Source: Prochlorococcus sp. AG-679-M23 | Lineage (GTDB): Bacteria; Cyanobacteriota; Cyanobacteriia; PCC-6307; Cyanobiaceae | NCBI GenBank assembly: GCA_003208875.1 | Contig: QCUR01000005.1 | Coordinates: forward strand, 1 to 64,000 | DNA length: 64,000 bases | Direction: 5' to 3' | Part shown: positions 34,359 to 43,363 of the stretch, one piece after another | How the letters are laid out: the number at the start of each line of letters is the position of its first letter | How positions within the stretch are numbered: the stretch's first letter is position 1 | The notes under the pieces: generated by a model | The model's input: the letters and a program-made list of their open reading frames with translations, nothing else | What the model was told of the DNA's origin: nothing | The model's database searches: none | Translations under genes and position numbers: made by a program

Positions 34359-34685
34359 ATGCAAAAAACAAAATTTTCAAAAATTAATGATCAATTTAAT
34401 AATTTATTGTTTGGTTTTTTAAGGTCTTCTTGGAAATCAAAATCTATTAATGTTATTTCTGTATTGACAGGTTATTTTTTATTTGCAAATTTTGCTACAA
34501 AATTTATATCTGAAGGTAAAAATGAATTAATAATGGTTCCCATAATAATATTAATTATTGAAGTAATAATTAGAATTAAGCCACCTACTGGTTCTAGTTT
34601 TTTTAATTTGTGGTCAATAATTGATAAGGCTAGAATTGGAGCAACTTATGCCGTGATACTTGAGGCCTTTAAACTAGGTTCTTAA
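34359..34685 (+). CDS. DUF565 / Ycf20 family protein
   Basis: MQKTKF start, C-terminal EAFKLGS. Confidence 0.9.
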   Translation: MQKTKFSKINDQFNNLLFGFLRSSWKSKSINVISVLTGYFLFANFATKFISEGKNELIMVPIIILIIEVIIRIKPPTGSSFFNLWSIIDKARIGATYAVILEAFKLGS

Positions 34686-34690
34686 CTAAA

Positions 34691-34867
34691 TTATTCTTCA
34701 CTTGACTCTTCTTCGTCAATAGGATAAACAAATCCTTGTGCCTTGCCTGTTAGAACAGATTTACCTAGTGACATTGCTTTTTGAGCAGCTAATGCTGCTT
34801 TACCTTTCCAAACAGCATGTCGATGATTTCTTTTGCTCTTTGATTTTTTCTTCTTTGGAACAGCCAT
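34691..34867 (-). CDS. rpmF: 50S ribosomal protein L32
   Basis: Manual translation [24 protein letters not shown]... Confidence 0.96.
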   Translation of the reverse strand: MAVPKKKKSKSKRNHRHAVWKGKAALAAQKAMSLGKSVLTGKAQGFVYPIDEEESSEE

Positions 34868-35002
34868 ACTAATTTCTTATATCCATTTATTAATATAACC
34901 TTTCAGTGGTTATCTCTCAAATATTTGAGTATATTTGTTTTAAATAATGCAATTATTAATCTGAGCTTATAAGCTTTAATTATTATATTTTATTGAAGAT
35001 TA

Positions 35003-36757
35003 GTGTTCTTTAAATCAAATTTCTCATATTCAGATTCTAATAAAAGTTATTCTGATCTCTTATTAGAATTAGATTTGGGGAATGTACAATCTATATATTT
35101 CTATCCTAGAAAGAGGGAAATAGATGTTTTGTATAAGAATGGGAATAAAGAAAAAGTACCTATACTTTATAACGACCAATTAATTCTTGAAAAAGCATCA
35201 GAAAATAATGTTGACCTAACCATTAATAACAGTCGTAAAGAATCTTCAGCAGCAAATTCGCTTGCATCAGTTGGCCTTTTTTTGATTTTTATAATAGCCA
35301 TTGTTTTAATATTGAAAAGTACCTCAAAACTTGCTTCAAAAGCTTTAGGTTTTGGTAAAAATAAATCTAAATTTGTCACCATTGATGATGTAGATACACG
35401 ATTTGATGATGTTGCTGGTGTTACTGAAGCTGCGGAGGAATTAAAAGAGGTTATTAAATTCCTTAATGAGCCAAAAAAATTTACTGATCTTGGAGCAAAA
35501 GTTCCTAAAGGCGTTCTTTTAATTGGTCCTCCTGGAACTGGTAAAACATTATTAGCTAAAGCTGTTGCTGGTGAGTCTGGTGTTCCTTTTCTCTCAATTG
35601 CCGCATCAGAATTTGTTGAACTATTTGTGGGTGTTGGTGCAAGTAGAGTTAGAGACTTATTTGAAAAAGCAAAAGAAAAGTCTCCTTGCATAATATTTAT
35701 TGATGAAATTGACTCTATCGGAAGACAAAGAGGTTCTGGGATCGGAGGAGGTAACGATGAAAGAGAACAAACTCTTAATCAGCTTTTAACAGAATTAGAT
35801 GGTTTTGCAGATAATTCCGGAATAATTGTTATTGCCGCCACAAATAGACCAGATATCCTAGATTCGGCTCTTTTAAGACCGGGGCGATTCGACAGAAAGA
35901 TTGAAGTCATGTTACCTGATCAAGATGGAAGAAAAAAAATACTCTCAGTTCATTCTTTATCCAAACCTCTTGCAAAAGATGTAGATTTGTCATATTGGGC
36001 TACAAGAACAGTAGGTTTTTCTGGCGCTGACTTAGCAAATTTAATGAATGAAAGTGCTATTCATTGTGCTAGAGAAGATTCTAAATTAATTAATTATTCT
36101 CATATAGAAAATGCTTTAGATAAAGTTACTCTTGGTCTTCGCACTTCTAATATTTCTTCTCAAAATATGAAAAAGATTATTGCATATAACGAAGTTGGAC
36201 GTGCAATTGTTTCAGCGGTTAAAAATGGAATTAATTCAGTAGATAAAATAACAATTCTTCCAAGATCTGGATATGTGGGAGGATATACGAAAATTAATCC
36301 AGACGAAGATATCGTTTCAAGCGGATTAATTTCTAAGAAACTATTGTTATCTAAAATTGAAATAGCATTGGCGGGAAGAGCTGCAGAAACAGTTGTATAC
36401 GGTAAAAATGAAATTACTCAATGTTCATTTAATGATATATCTTATTCAACAAGCATTGTTAGAGAGATGGTAACTAAATATGGATTTTCTATAATAGGTC
36501 CTCTATCTCTTGAAGATGGTGGAGAAATATCAATTGGAGAAGGCTTTGTTAGGAATAAATCAATAATAGCTGATAATACTTACTCCAGAATTGATAATGA
36601 AATTATCAATATTTCTAAAATTTCTCTAAATAATGCCATAAATATTATCAGTAATAATCGCGTTTTATTAGAAAAACTAGTTGAACTTTTATTGATCAAA
36701 GAAACTATTGAGAATAATACTTTTAAAAAAATAACTTTTGATTTATTAAAAGTGTGA
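35003..36757 (+). CDS. ftsH: FtsH family AAA+ protein with degenerate Zn-protease motif
   Basis: GPPGTGKT, FVG pore loop, DEID, SRH (ATNRPDILDSALLRPGRFDR); NEVGR in place of HExGH. Confidence 0.93.
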   Translation: MFFKSNFSYSDSNKSYSDLLLELDLGNVQSIYFYPRKREIDVLYKNGNKEKVPILYNDQLILEKASENNVDLTINNSRKESSAANSLASVGLFLIFIIAIVLILKSTSKLASKALGFGKNKSKFVTIDDVDTRFDDVAGVTEAAEELKEVIKFLNEPKKFTDLGAKVPKGVLLIGPPGTGKTLLAKAVAGESGVPFLSIAASEFVELFVGVGASRVRDLFEKAKEKSPCIIFIDEIDSIGRQRGSGIGGGNDEREQTLNQLLTELDGFADNSGIIVIAATNRPDILDSALLRPGRFDRKIEVMLPDQDGRKKILSVHSLSKPLAKDVDLSYWATRTVGFSGADLANLMNESAIHCAREDSKLINYSHIENALDKVTLGLRTSNISSQNMKKIIAYNEVGRAIVSAVKNGINSVDKITILPRSGYVGGYTKINPDEDIVSSGLISKKLLLSKIEIALAGRAAETVVYGKNEITQCSFNDISYSTSIVREMVTKYGFSIIGPLSLEDGGEISIGEGFVRNKSIIADNTYSRIDNEIINISKISLNNAINIISNNRVLLEKLVELLLIKETIENNTFKKITFDLLKV

Positions 36758-36790
36758 TTAAATACATTTAATTTATATAATAACTTTTCC

Positions 36791-37555
36791 TTGATAATAA
36801 AATTTAGTCTATTAAGACTATCCATAATAATTTTATTAGTAATACTTTTTCCATTGGTTCAAAAACAATGGTTAAATTTATACTTGTTTGATATTAATAA
36901 TTTATCTATTTATAAACTTTTATATTATTTAAGCGGTTTAATTGTCCCTTTTCTAGTAATAATAAATTCTTTAAATAAGTTTACTTATTATAAATTTAAT
37001 TTTCATAAAAAGAATAATAATAATAATGATCTTGATATTAGTGGTAAATCTTTATTCTTAATAACTCTAGTTATATCATGTATACTATCAATTCTCATAT
37101 CTCATTATATTTTTATAAATCTAAAAATTATTTTAAATTTCTTAATGAGTAATAATGAATATTTAGTTAAATTTGATTTTGATAAACAAATCTTATTTGT
37201 TGTGATTATTTCTATTTTCTTAATATTTAAAAAAACTAAATTTCTTCTAAAAAAAATAATTTTAACAAATTTTTTTATATTTTCTATTTTTAGTTGGTAT
37301 TCACAAATTAATAATTCTTCTTTAAATAATGTGATTCCATTTTATATTTTTAAATTTGGAAATATAAACTTTGTAAATTTAGTCTTCCTTTTAGCTATTG
37401 AAACAATGTTTTACTTATGGTCATATATCTCATATAACTCTTATTTAAGCGATTGGAACCTCCCAAAACCATATAAGAAAGAGGTTATACCAATTCTTAA
37501 TATTATTATGTTTTATTTATTAATAATATTATATTATTCAATACTTTTTAAATAG
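36791..37555 (+). CDS. Hypothetical multi-pass membrane protein
   Basis: 254-aa hydrophobic ORF, SDW..P motif. Confidence 0.75.
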   Translation: MIIKFSLLRLSIIILLVILFPLVQKQWLNLYLFDINNLSIYKLLYYLSGLIVPFLVIINSLNKFTYYKFNFHKKNNNNNDLDISGKSLFLITLVISCILSILISHYIFINLKIILNFLMSNNEYLVKFDFDKQILFVVIISIFLIFKKTKFLLKKIILTNFFIFSIFSWYSQINNSSLNNVIPFYIFKFGNINFVNLVFLLAIETMFYLWSYISYNSYLSDWNLPKPYKKEVIPILNIIMFYLLIILYYSILFK

Positions 37556-37585
37556 AAAAAGTATTGAATTAAATATCTTTTAGAC

Positions 37586-38170
37586 TTAAAGGGCAGAGAA
37601 ATACTCTTTACTTCCTTTTGGATCTTCTAGCATCGTTTTCTCTCCTGGGGTCCAATTCGCAGGGCAGACTTCATCTGGATTGGCTGCTACATATTGATAA
37701 CCTTGAAGTATTCTCAGTGTTTCATCTACATTTCTTCCTACAGGAGCTTTATTCACTGTTGTGTGCATTACAATTCCTTCTGGATTAATAAGAAATAAAC
37801 CTCTATCTGCTTCACCATCATCATTAAGTACGTTGTAAGCTTGGCAAATTTCTCTTTTCAAATCAGATACCAAAGGATAGTTAATATCACCGATCCCTCC
37901 TTCATTTCTAGGTGTTTGTATCCAAGCTAAGTGACAGTGTTTGCTATCAACAGATACCCCAAGAACTTCAGTGTTTAAGTCTGAGAATTTATTAAATTCA
38001 TCACTGAATGCGGTAATTTCTGTTGGACAAACAAAAGTAAAGTCTAATGGATAGAAAAACAAAACAACCCATTTTCCTTTGTAACTTGAAAGGGTAATGT
38101 CTTTAAATTCTTGATCATAAACTGCCGTTGCAGTGAAATCTGGTGCTTCTTGACCAACTCTTAAACTCAT
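37586..38170 (-). CDS. 2-Cys peroxiredoxin (AhpC/Tsa)
   Basis: [20 protein letters not shown]. Confidence 0.97.
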   Translation of the reverse strand: MSLRVGQEAPDFTATAVYDQEFKDITLSSYKGKWVVLFFYPLDFTFVCPTEITAFSDEFNKFSDLNTEVLGVSVDSKHCHLAWIQTPRNEGGIGDINYPLVSDLKREICQAYNVLNDDGEADRGLFLINPEGIVMHTTVNKAPVGRNVDETLRILQGYQYVAANPDEVCPANWTPGEKTMLEDPKGSKEYFSAL

Positions 38171-38275
38171 GAAATTCTATTCCTTTTTTTGAAAAAAATT
38201 AAGGCCTTAGTACACCTTAAATTAATTATAATTTTAACGTTTATAATATAGCAAGTAAATCTCTAATATGAATTC

Positions 38276-38404
38276 ATGAAATGGCATCATTCCTTAACAA
38301 GGAAGTTTACAATAATGAACTATTCTAAATTAATTAAAAATCTAAAAAGAGAATTGATCAAATATCCCATTAATAGAAATGTTGATAAGAAGAGTAATCA
38401 ATAA
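38276..38404 (+). CDS. 42-aa hypothetical microprotein (MKWHHSLTRKF...)
   Basis: Manual translation. Confidence 0.45.
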   Translation: MKWHHSLTRKFTIMNYSKLIKNLKRELIKYPINRNVDKKSNQ

Positions 38405-38492
38405 TTAAATTTTTTCTCTATAAAAACATTAACAGATACAAATAACATAATTAAAGCTATTTTAATTAAACTTCTTAGATATTTTTAAAAGT

Positions 38493-38651
38493 ATGACAAA
38501 TTACATAGATAGGCTTAAAGCAAAACTCAAAATTAAAAAATTTGATTCTGACCAACCATTAAATGCCTGGTTATTTGTCTTGATATTAAATATTGTAGGT
38601 TTTGCCGGTTACTTTTATTTAAAAATAAATGATATTCACTTAGGAGACTGA
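38493..38651 (+). CDS. 52-aa single-TM microprotein (MTNYIDRLKAK...)
   Basis: Manual translation; hydrophobic WLFVLILNIVGFAGYFYL. Confidence 0.55.
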   Translation: MTNYIDRLKAKLKIKKFDSDQPLNAWLFVLILNIVGFAGYFYLKINDIHLGD

Positions 38652-38656
38652 CTTCT

Positions 38657-38875
38657 TTATCTAATCTCTTTTTTTATTGATCTACAAAAATTTTTATATC
38701 TATCGATTCTTGTTAAGTCAGGTAAAGTCCAAATTAATTCTTTATCGAATAATGGATCATTCCATTCCTTAAATTCCTCTCTAATTGAATCACTATTTAA
38801 TTTGGAAAGTTTTTTTGTCCTTTTCTTTAAATCTTTCTTAATTACGCTAATGTTTGCATTTATATATTCTCTCAT
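38657..38875 (-). CDS. 72-aa hypothetical protein
   Basis: ORF track; EEFKEW motif. Confidence 0.55.
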   Translation of the reverse strand: MREYINANISVIKKDLKKRTKKLSKLNSDSIREEFKEWNDPLFDKELIWTLPDLTRIDRYKNFCRSIKKEIR

Positions 38876-38937
38876 AATAAATATATGGCTTTTTTAAATT
38901 TAACATTAAATAGGTCACTTAATGTTATCAGTAACTA

Positions 38938-39108
38938 TTAAACGTTCTGAACTGCTTGAAATAATCCGAATGAATATCCCCCTATTAGAATCCAACCTAA
39001 AACGCTTGATATTATAGTTGACCTTCTATTATGTCTTCGTAATGCATTTTCAATCATTTCGTTAACTTCATCTCTGCTTATGGAATCAGAATTTAAATTT
39101 TTATTCAT
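38938..39108 (-). CDS. 56-aa TM microprotein (EMIENALRRHNRRSTIISSVLGW...)
   Basis: Manual translation; resembles the MID.A.R.HNR family seen in picocyanobacteria and cyanophages (from memory). Confidence 0.65.
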   Translation of the reverse strand: MNKNLNSDSISRDEVNEMIENALRRHNRRSTIISSVLGWILIGGYSFGLFQAVQNV

Positions 39109-39343
39109 TAAATTTTTTTATTTTTATTATAAGAGAAATAAATATGCAGTGAGTTTAACCCTTTGATTTATGTTTTAAATATTAGCTAATGAACTTTGTT
39201 TTCGATATCTCTAAAACTAGTAATGGATGTATTTGTATTCATTTAATTCATTATTTCATTGACGATTTAATTGCAAATTTTCATACCCGTAAAAAATAAC
39301 TAAAATAAAGTTTTAATGGTTTTATTAAATTAGGTACCAAAAT

Positions 39344-39511
39344 ATGAATGTTAATGATGCATCTGTTCTTGAAATGATAAACAGACTTATTGCTACCGAT
39401 AGATTAAATAAAAACCAAATTCTCCAATTAGTGAACCTTGCATCAATTTCTAATAATATTAATGAATTAGAAGAAAATATTAAATGGGAAACTTTAAAAT
39501 CTAAATATTAA
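39344..39511 (+). CDS. 55-aa hypothetical microprotein (MNVNDASVLEMINRLIA...)
   Basis: Manual translation. Confidence 0.55.
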   Translation: MNVNDASVLEMINRLIATDRLNKNQILQLVNLASISNNINELEENIKWETLKSKY

Positions 39512-39579
39512 AAAATTATAAATAATTATATAGTTAGTTCTCATAATAAATACCATTTAACTATTAGCAAAATTTGAAG

Positions 39580-39735
39580 ATGAATTCTAAAAATATACAA
39601 AATAAAATATCTCTGAATGAATCTCTGGACGTATTGAAGGATTTAAATTCTTGTGAAGTAAGCAAAGCTAGCACTGAAATAATGCTTGAACGATTTTGTA
39701 ATGGTAAAGAAATTGATTTTCCTTTTTCTAATTAA
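39580..39735 (+). CDS. 51-aa hypothetical microprotein (MNSKNIQNK...)
   Basis: Manual translation. Confidence 0.45.
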   Translation: MNSKNIQNKISLNESLDVLKDLNSCEVSKASTEIMLERFCNGKEIDFPFSN

Positions 39736-39894
39736 TTAGGATTTTTTAGTAGTCAAGATTTCATTCGGAGCTATTTGAAAATAAGTTTGCTTGTCACTGT
39801 CTTTAACTTTATTAATAATAAAAACTGTTGAAATCACAAAAATTAGAATTATCATTAGGTCTCCTACAGTTAATCCTCTCTCCTTTAAATTCAT
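39736..39894 (-). CDS. 52-aa microprotein with prepilin-like N-terminus (MNLKERG|LTVGDLMIILIFV...)
   Basis: Manual translation. Confidence 0.6.
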   Translation of the reverse strand: MNLKERGLTVGDLMIILIFVISTVFIINKVKDSDKQTYFQIAPNEILTTKKS

Positions 39895-40129
39895 AACATT
39901 TGTTTTAATTATTTTTATTATAACTGAGTTGTTTATCTAATTTACTTGAATTATCGATAGTTTACTTAATATAAATAATCTATATAAGATGTACAAAAAA
40001 TATAACTTTTTACTGATTAATATTTAACCTAGCACGAACTTTAAATAACATAGCGATGATAGTTAATTTCTAAATAAGACTCCAGGAACAATTCGTGATT
40101 TAAAAATTTGAATTTTGTTTAAATACCTT

Positions 40130-40282
40130 TTAAAAGCTTTCTTTAAGAATATTTAATAACTTTGTCCTTTTAACATAGTTGTCTTTTTCCCATAAATTTG
40201 TTACCTCATCATTATTAATTGGTTTTGATTCATAAGCAAAATACCATAGTATTAATCCAATTGGAATTATTAATATTTGCAT
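40130..40282 (-). CDS. 50-aa microprotein with N-terminal TM (MQILIIPIGLILWYFAYESKP...)
   Basis: Manual translation; divergent from 40355 gene. Confidence 0.55.
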   Translation of the reverse strand: MQILIIPIGLILWYFAYESKPINNDEVTNLWEKDNYVKRTKLLNILKESF

Positions 40283-40308
40283 TTAATTTATGTTGACTTA
40301 GGTTTAAT

Positions 40309-40343
40309 ATAGTGCAACACTTATAATATGCAAGTGTTACAAT
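40309..40343. promoter_or_regulatory. Two AGTGYNACAMT boxes flanking a TATAAT; putative operator
   Basis: AGTGCAACACT (40311) and AGTGTTACAAT (40333), 22 bp apart; a third copy at 40722. Confidence 0.5.
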
Positions 40344-40354
40344 AAAACTTTTAT

Positions 40355-40720
40355 ATGCCCACGCAAAGAAGAAGAATTGGGTTTTTACCAAGATCGGAAG
40401 TTCAGAATATAATAGACAAAATTTGTAATATTAATAAATTAAGTCAATCAAAAGTAACTGGGATATTGGTTGAAGAAGCACTTAGGTCTAGAGGAGTATT
40501 AAATACCTCTATTAAAGAGTTATCATACGAATTTTGTAGTAATAAAGGTGAAGCATTATTAATTCCTAATAAAACACTTAATAGTGAAATACGAAATGTT
40601 GAAAATAAAATTAATTTAGATGATGATTCTATAAATGATGAAGTTCAAATGATTAACGACTATATTGAATTTAAGGTTTTTAAAAATATAATGAACAGAA
40701 ATAAAAGAAAGCTTAATTAA
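40355..40720 (+). CDS. Putative ribbon-helix-helix DNA-binding protein
   Basis: RRRIGFLP beta-strand, helix, LSQSKVTGILVEEAL second helix. Confidence 0.65.
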   Translation: MPTQRRRIGFLPRSEVQNIIDKICNINKLSQSKVTGILVEEALRSRGVLNTSIKELSYEFCSNKGEALLIPNKTLNSEIRNVENKINLDDDSINDEVQMINDYIEFKVFKNIMNRNKRKLN

Positions 40721-40978
40721 TAGTGTCACACTTTATCAGGAATACGTGAGCATTGGTTGAACATGGGACTTGAGGCCTGTGATCCCTCAACCACTGGGAA
40801 ATATATAGCTATAGCCCATAAAGAAGCAACGTTAAAAATAAATCCGTTGATTTCGAGGTATTTTATTCATTGGATGATTGACAGTCGATCTAAAATAATA
40901 AGTAATTATTATCTTTTTAATGGATAAAAGATTTATAGCGGAAAAATTAATGACTCTTCTCATTTCATTAATTTGCTA

Positions 40979-41095
40979 ATGAATATTTCTCCCCACTTAT
41001 TAATAGATGTTGGAATACTAAGTACTGCATTGACTATAACTCTGGTATTGAGAGCTAAAGGTAATGCAGCAAGAAAAGAGCGAGAAACCAAATGA
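40979..41095 (+). CDS. 38-aa TM microprotein (MNISPHLLIDVGILSTALTITLVLR...)
   Basis: Manual translation; ATGA overlap with next ORF. Confidence 0.55.
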   Translation: MNISPHLLIDVGILSTALTITLVLRAKGNAARKERETK

Positions 41096-41232
41096 TTACT
41101 AAAAAAGAGGAAGCAGAATACGAAAAACCTAAATTATTTAGTTTTTGGAATTTTCTAATCTATGGAAGTTTTTGTGCTATTGGTGTTTACTTAGTTTATT
41201 TATATTTGGCTTATATCTTTATAAATAAATAA
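41092..41232 (+). CDS. 46-aa TM microprotein (MITKKEEAEYEKPKLFSFWNFLIYG...)
   Basis: Manual translation; TAATG overlap with DUF1651 gene. Confidence 0.55.
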   Translation: MITKKEEAEYEKPKLFSFWNFLIYGSFCAIGVYLVYLYLAYIFINK

Positions 41233-41468
41233 TGGAACATTGGTTGATAAATTCCAATAGATCAGAAGTTAAGAGATTTATAAAGAACGATAAGAGTATT
41301 GATGAAGTATTCGAGTATATGTTCATTGATTCTGGAAAAATAGTTGGAGTATTAGGGAATGAACCTCCAGTAATTACTACAACAGTTTCTGTAGATATAG
41401 ATTTAGCTAGAGAAATTTATGAAAGATTACTTTCTCAAGGTTGGCGTAAAACAAAAGTAGTTTGGTAA
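41232..41468 (+). CDS. DUF1651 family protein
   Basis: WLIN..RSEVKRF...MFIDSG...PP...AREIYERLLSQGWRKT..VW. Confidence 0.85.
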   Translation: MEHWLINSNRSEVKRFIKNDKSIDEVFEYMFIDSGKIVGVLGNEPPVITTTVSVDIDLAREIYERLLSQGWRKTKVVW

Positions 41469-41573
41469 TAAATAATAATTTACCTCATTTAATAATTGTT
41501 TCTTAAAGTAGGAGTTTTTAGACTTGTGAATTGAATTTTGTACGGGTTTAGGAACGACAATGTTCGGGAGTTG

Positions 41574-41615
41574 GTACGTATAAATACTTAGTGAATAATT
41601 AAGACTTTCTAGAAT
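41574..41615 (+). promoter_or_regulatory. NtcA-activated promoter
   Basis: GTA-CGTATAAA-TAC then exactly 22 nt then TAGAAT, matching GTA-N8-TAC-N22-TAN3T. Confidence 0.65.
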
Positions 41616-41686
41616 AATTGCATGGTTGTCATGAGAATGCCGCGGAAGCTGCAGAAATCAACCATACTTTTTACATAAATAATAAT

Positions 41687-41836
41687 ATGACAGACCCAAT
41701 TCTCTATCTTTCAATGATTTTAGGACTTACTGGAGTGTACGTTCTAATATCATCTTTTGGCGATGATGACGATGATAGTAATGATGATGGTGAAAGATAT
41801 ATCTACAACCTTGAATACGTAAAAGTAGGTAGGTAG
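41687..41836 (+). CDS. 49-aa single-TM microprotein with acidic tail (MTDPILYLSMILGL...GDDDDDSNDDG)
   Basis: ATG at 41687 preferred over upstream TTG, which lies at the predicted promoter/TSS. Confidence 0.65.
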   Translation: MTDPILYLSMILGLTGVYVLISSFGDDDDDSNDDGERYIYNLEYVKVGR

Positions 41837-41976
41837 ATTGTATTGATTTATGATTGATACATTAATGAAGGTAAAACTTCTCGATCATTAAGCTTACATA
41901 AAAAGCAATAAAAAGTTAGTGGTATCTAGAATTTCTGCTCTCACGGCTAGAAAGACCTAGTGTTAGTATTAAGAAA

Positions 41977-42033
41977 CGTTCATCCTAGCTATATCTGGAC
42001 GCATGACATGGAAATAGGGAACGGGATTTCCAT
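41977..42033 (+). ncRNA. Glutamine-II (Downstream-peptide) riboswitch
   Basis: CGTTCATCC-loop-GGACGCA...ATGGAAAT-AGGGAACGGG-ATTTCCAT; CGTTC/GAACG and ATGGAAAT/ATTTCCAT pseudoknot pairings; extended -10 TGtTAGTAT upstream. Confidence 0.85.
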
Positions 42034-42047
42034 TAACTGCAAAGGTC

Positions 42048-42212
42048 ATGAATAACCTCATACATATTAGAGAAAAAATCAAAAGAGCTGATAGGCTTAA
42101 TAAAGCCCAGCTTCTTGCTACAAAAAACGGAGAGATTAATCATTATAATCCTTCTATTTTTGAGCAAAGACAAAAGCAAGTTCTTAAAGATATGGAAGCA
42201 TTAAATTCTTAA
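42048..42212 (+). CDS. 54-aa peptide downstream of glutamine riboswitch (MNNLIHIREKIKRADRLNKAQLLATK...)
   Basis: Manual translation; directly after riboswitch and before terminator. Confidence 0.8.
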   Translation: MNNLIHIREKIKRADRLNKAQLLATKNGEINHYNPSIFEQRQKQVLKDMEALNS

Positions 42213-42239
42213 CTTGAATTTATTACTTATATTCGAATG

Positions 42240-42265
42240 AAAGGGGTTTTATAACCCCTTTTTTA
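42240..42265 (+). terminator. Intrinsic terminator
   Basis: AAAGGGGTT-TTAT-AACCCCTTT followed by T-run. Confidence 0.85.
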
Positions 42266-42399
42266 TTAGGAAAGTTACTTGATATGAAAGCAAATACTTG
42301 CAAGGCTTTTCTTATTAAATTAATTTTAGAAAATTTAAAATACACTAGAGAATAACCTCAAGATTGCTATCCTTATTTGAAGATGGCAATTAAGTACTA

Positions 42400-42549
42400 A
42401 TGAAGGAATTACAAGAAAACACTATTGATCAAATAAGAACTCTTCTGAGGTATTTGATTGAAACAGATCTATTAAAAAATAAAGATATTCTTATGTGTTT
42501 AGATGTAATAGCGAGAGAGTATGGCGGAGAAGTCGTAGATAAAAATTAA
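42400..42549 (+). CDS. 49-aa hypothetical microprotein (MKELQENTIDQIRTLL...)
   Basis: Manual translation. Confidence 0.5.
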   Translation: MKELQENTIDQIRTLLRYLIETDLLKNKDILMCLDVIAREYGGEVVDKN

Positions 42550-42800
42550 ATATTAATATCCAATTTTATTTTTTGGATCAGTTATGAAAATTATAAGATT
42601 AAGAACTAGATTGGCAGGAAAATTAAGTGGCTTTAGAAGAAGTAAAACCATTCCCTGAGTTACATTAAAATCCATACCTTTTTTGGTCAAATTTGTATAA
42701 TCCCCAAGACCTTAGATTATATCTAGCTGTTCTTTTCAAAACTATAGATTTAGATTATGTTTGTATTACATAGTGCAATAAAGTATTAATTATGTTCGAT

Positions 42801-42872
42801 GCCGATATAGCTCACCGGTAGAGCAACTGTCTCGTAAACAGTAGGTCATCGGTTCAATTCCGATTATCGGCA
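42801..42872 (+). tRNA. tRNA-Thr (CGT)
   Basis: GCCGATA acceptor stem, ACTGT-CTCGTAA-ACAGT anticodon arm, GGTTCAATTCC T-arm. Confidence 0.96.
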
Positions 42873-43114
42873 TTTAAATTTCAGGTATTAGTAGTAGTTG
42901 AATTTCAATATAAAATAATATTCAATTAGCTCTTTTTTTATGTATGGTTAATTTTTAAAAGCTGAATCTTTTACCAGCATTACGAAAAATAAAATGATCC
43001 CTAAACGTGAGCGCTCTAATTACACTTGGTGATAATTAAACTCATTTCATTATAGGAACTTATGTTGTTAAAATTGACATCTTTTGGAGTAATGTAAGTG
43101 GGATTAAAAATGTT

Positions 43115-43363
43115 TTAAAAATAGCTTTTAAATATACTGGTCTTCATCCATCCGTCCTCCAATAACTGCTTATATTCCTTTCTTGCATCTTCAATGGATT
43201 CTACTCTTGAACCTTTGATAACTGGTTTACTTGATCTTTTATATACACAAGCATATTTAATCTCCATTGCATTAATAGTTGGAGAAGGTTTACTAACATC
43301 CTCAAATGGCTTAAATATTTTTATTCGATCTCTTCTCTTGTTTATTAAAGTAAATTCTTCCAT
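43115..43363 (-). CDS. DUF1651-like protein
   Basis: TLINKRRDRIKIF...KPVI...ARKEYKQLLEDGWMKT. Confidence 0.75.
   Translation of the reverse strand: MEEFTLINKRRDRIKIFKPFEDVSKPSPTINAMEIKYACVYKRSSKPVIKGSRVESIEDARKEYKQLLEDGWMKTSIFKSYF

Noticed and set aside
41420..41660. Long minus-strand open frame (…DNHAIILESLNYSLSIYTYQLPNIVVPK…)
   Set aside because: No in-frame ATG, overlaps the DUF1651 3' end and the NtcA promoter; probably chance
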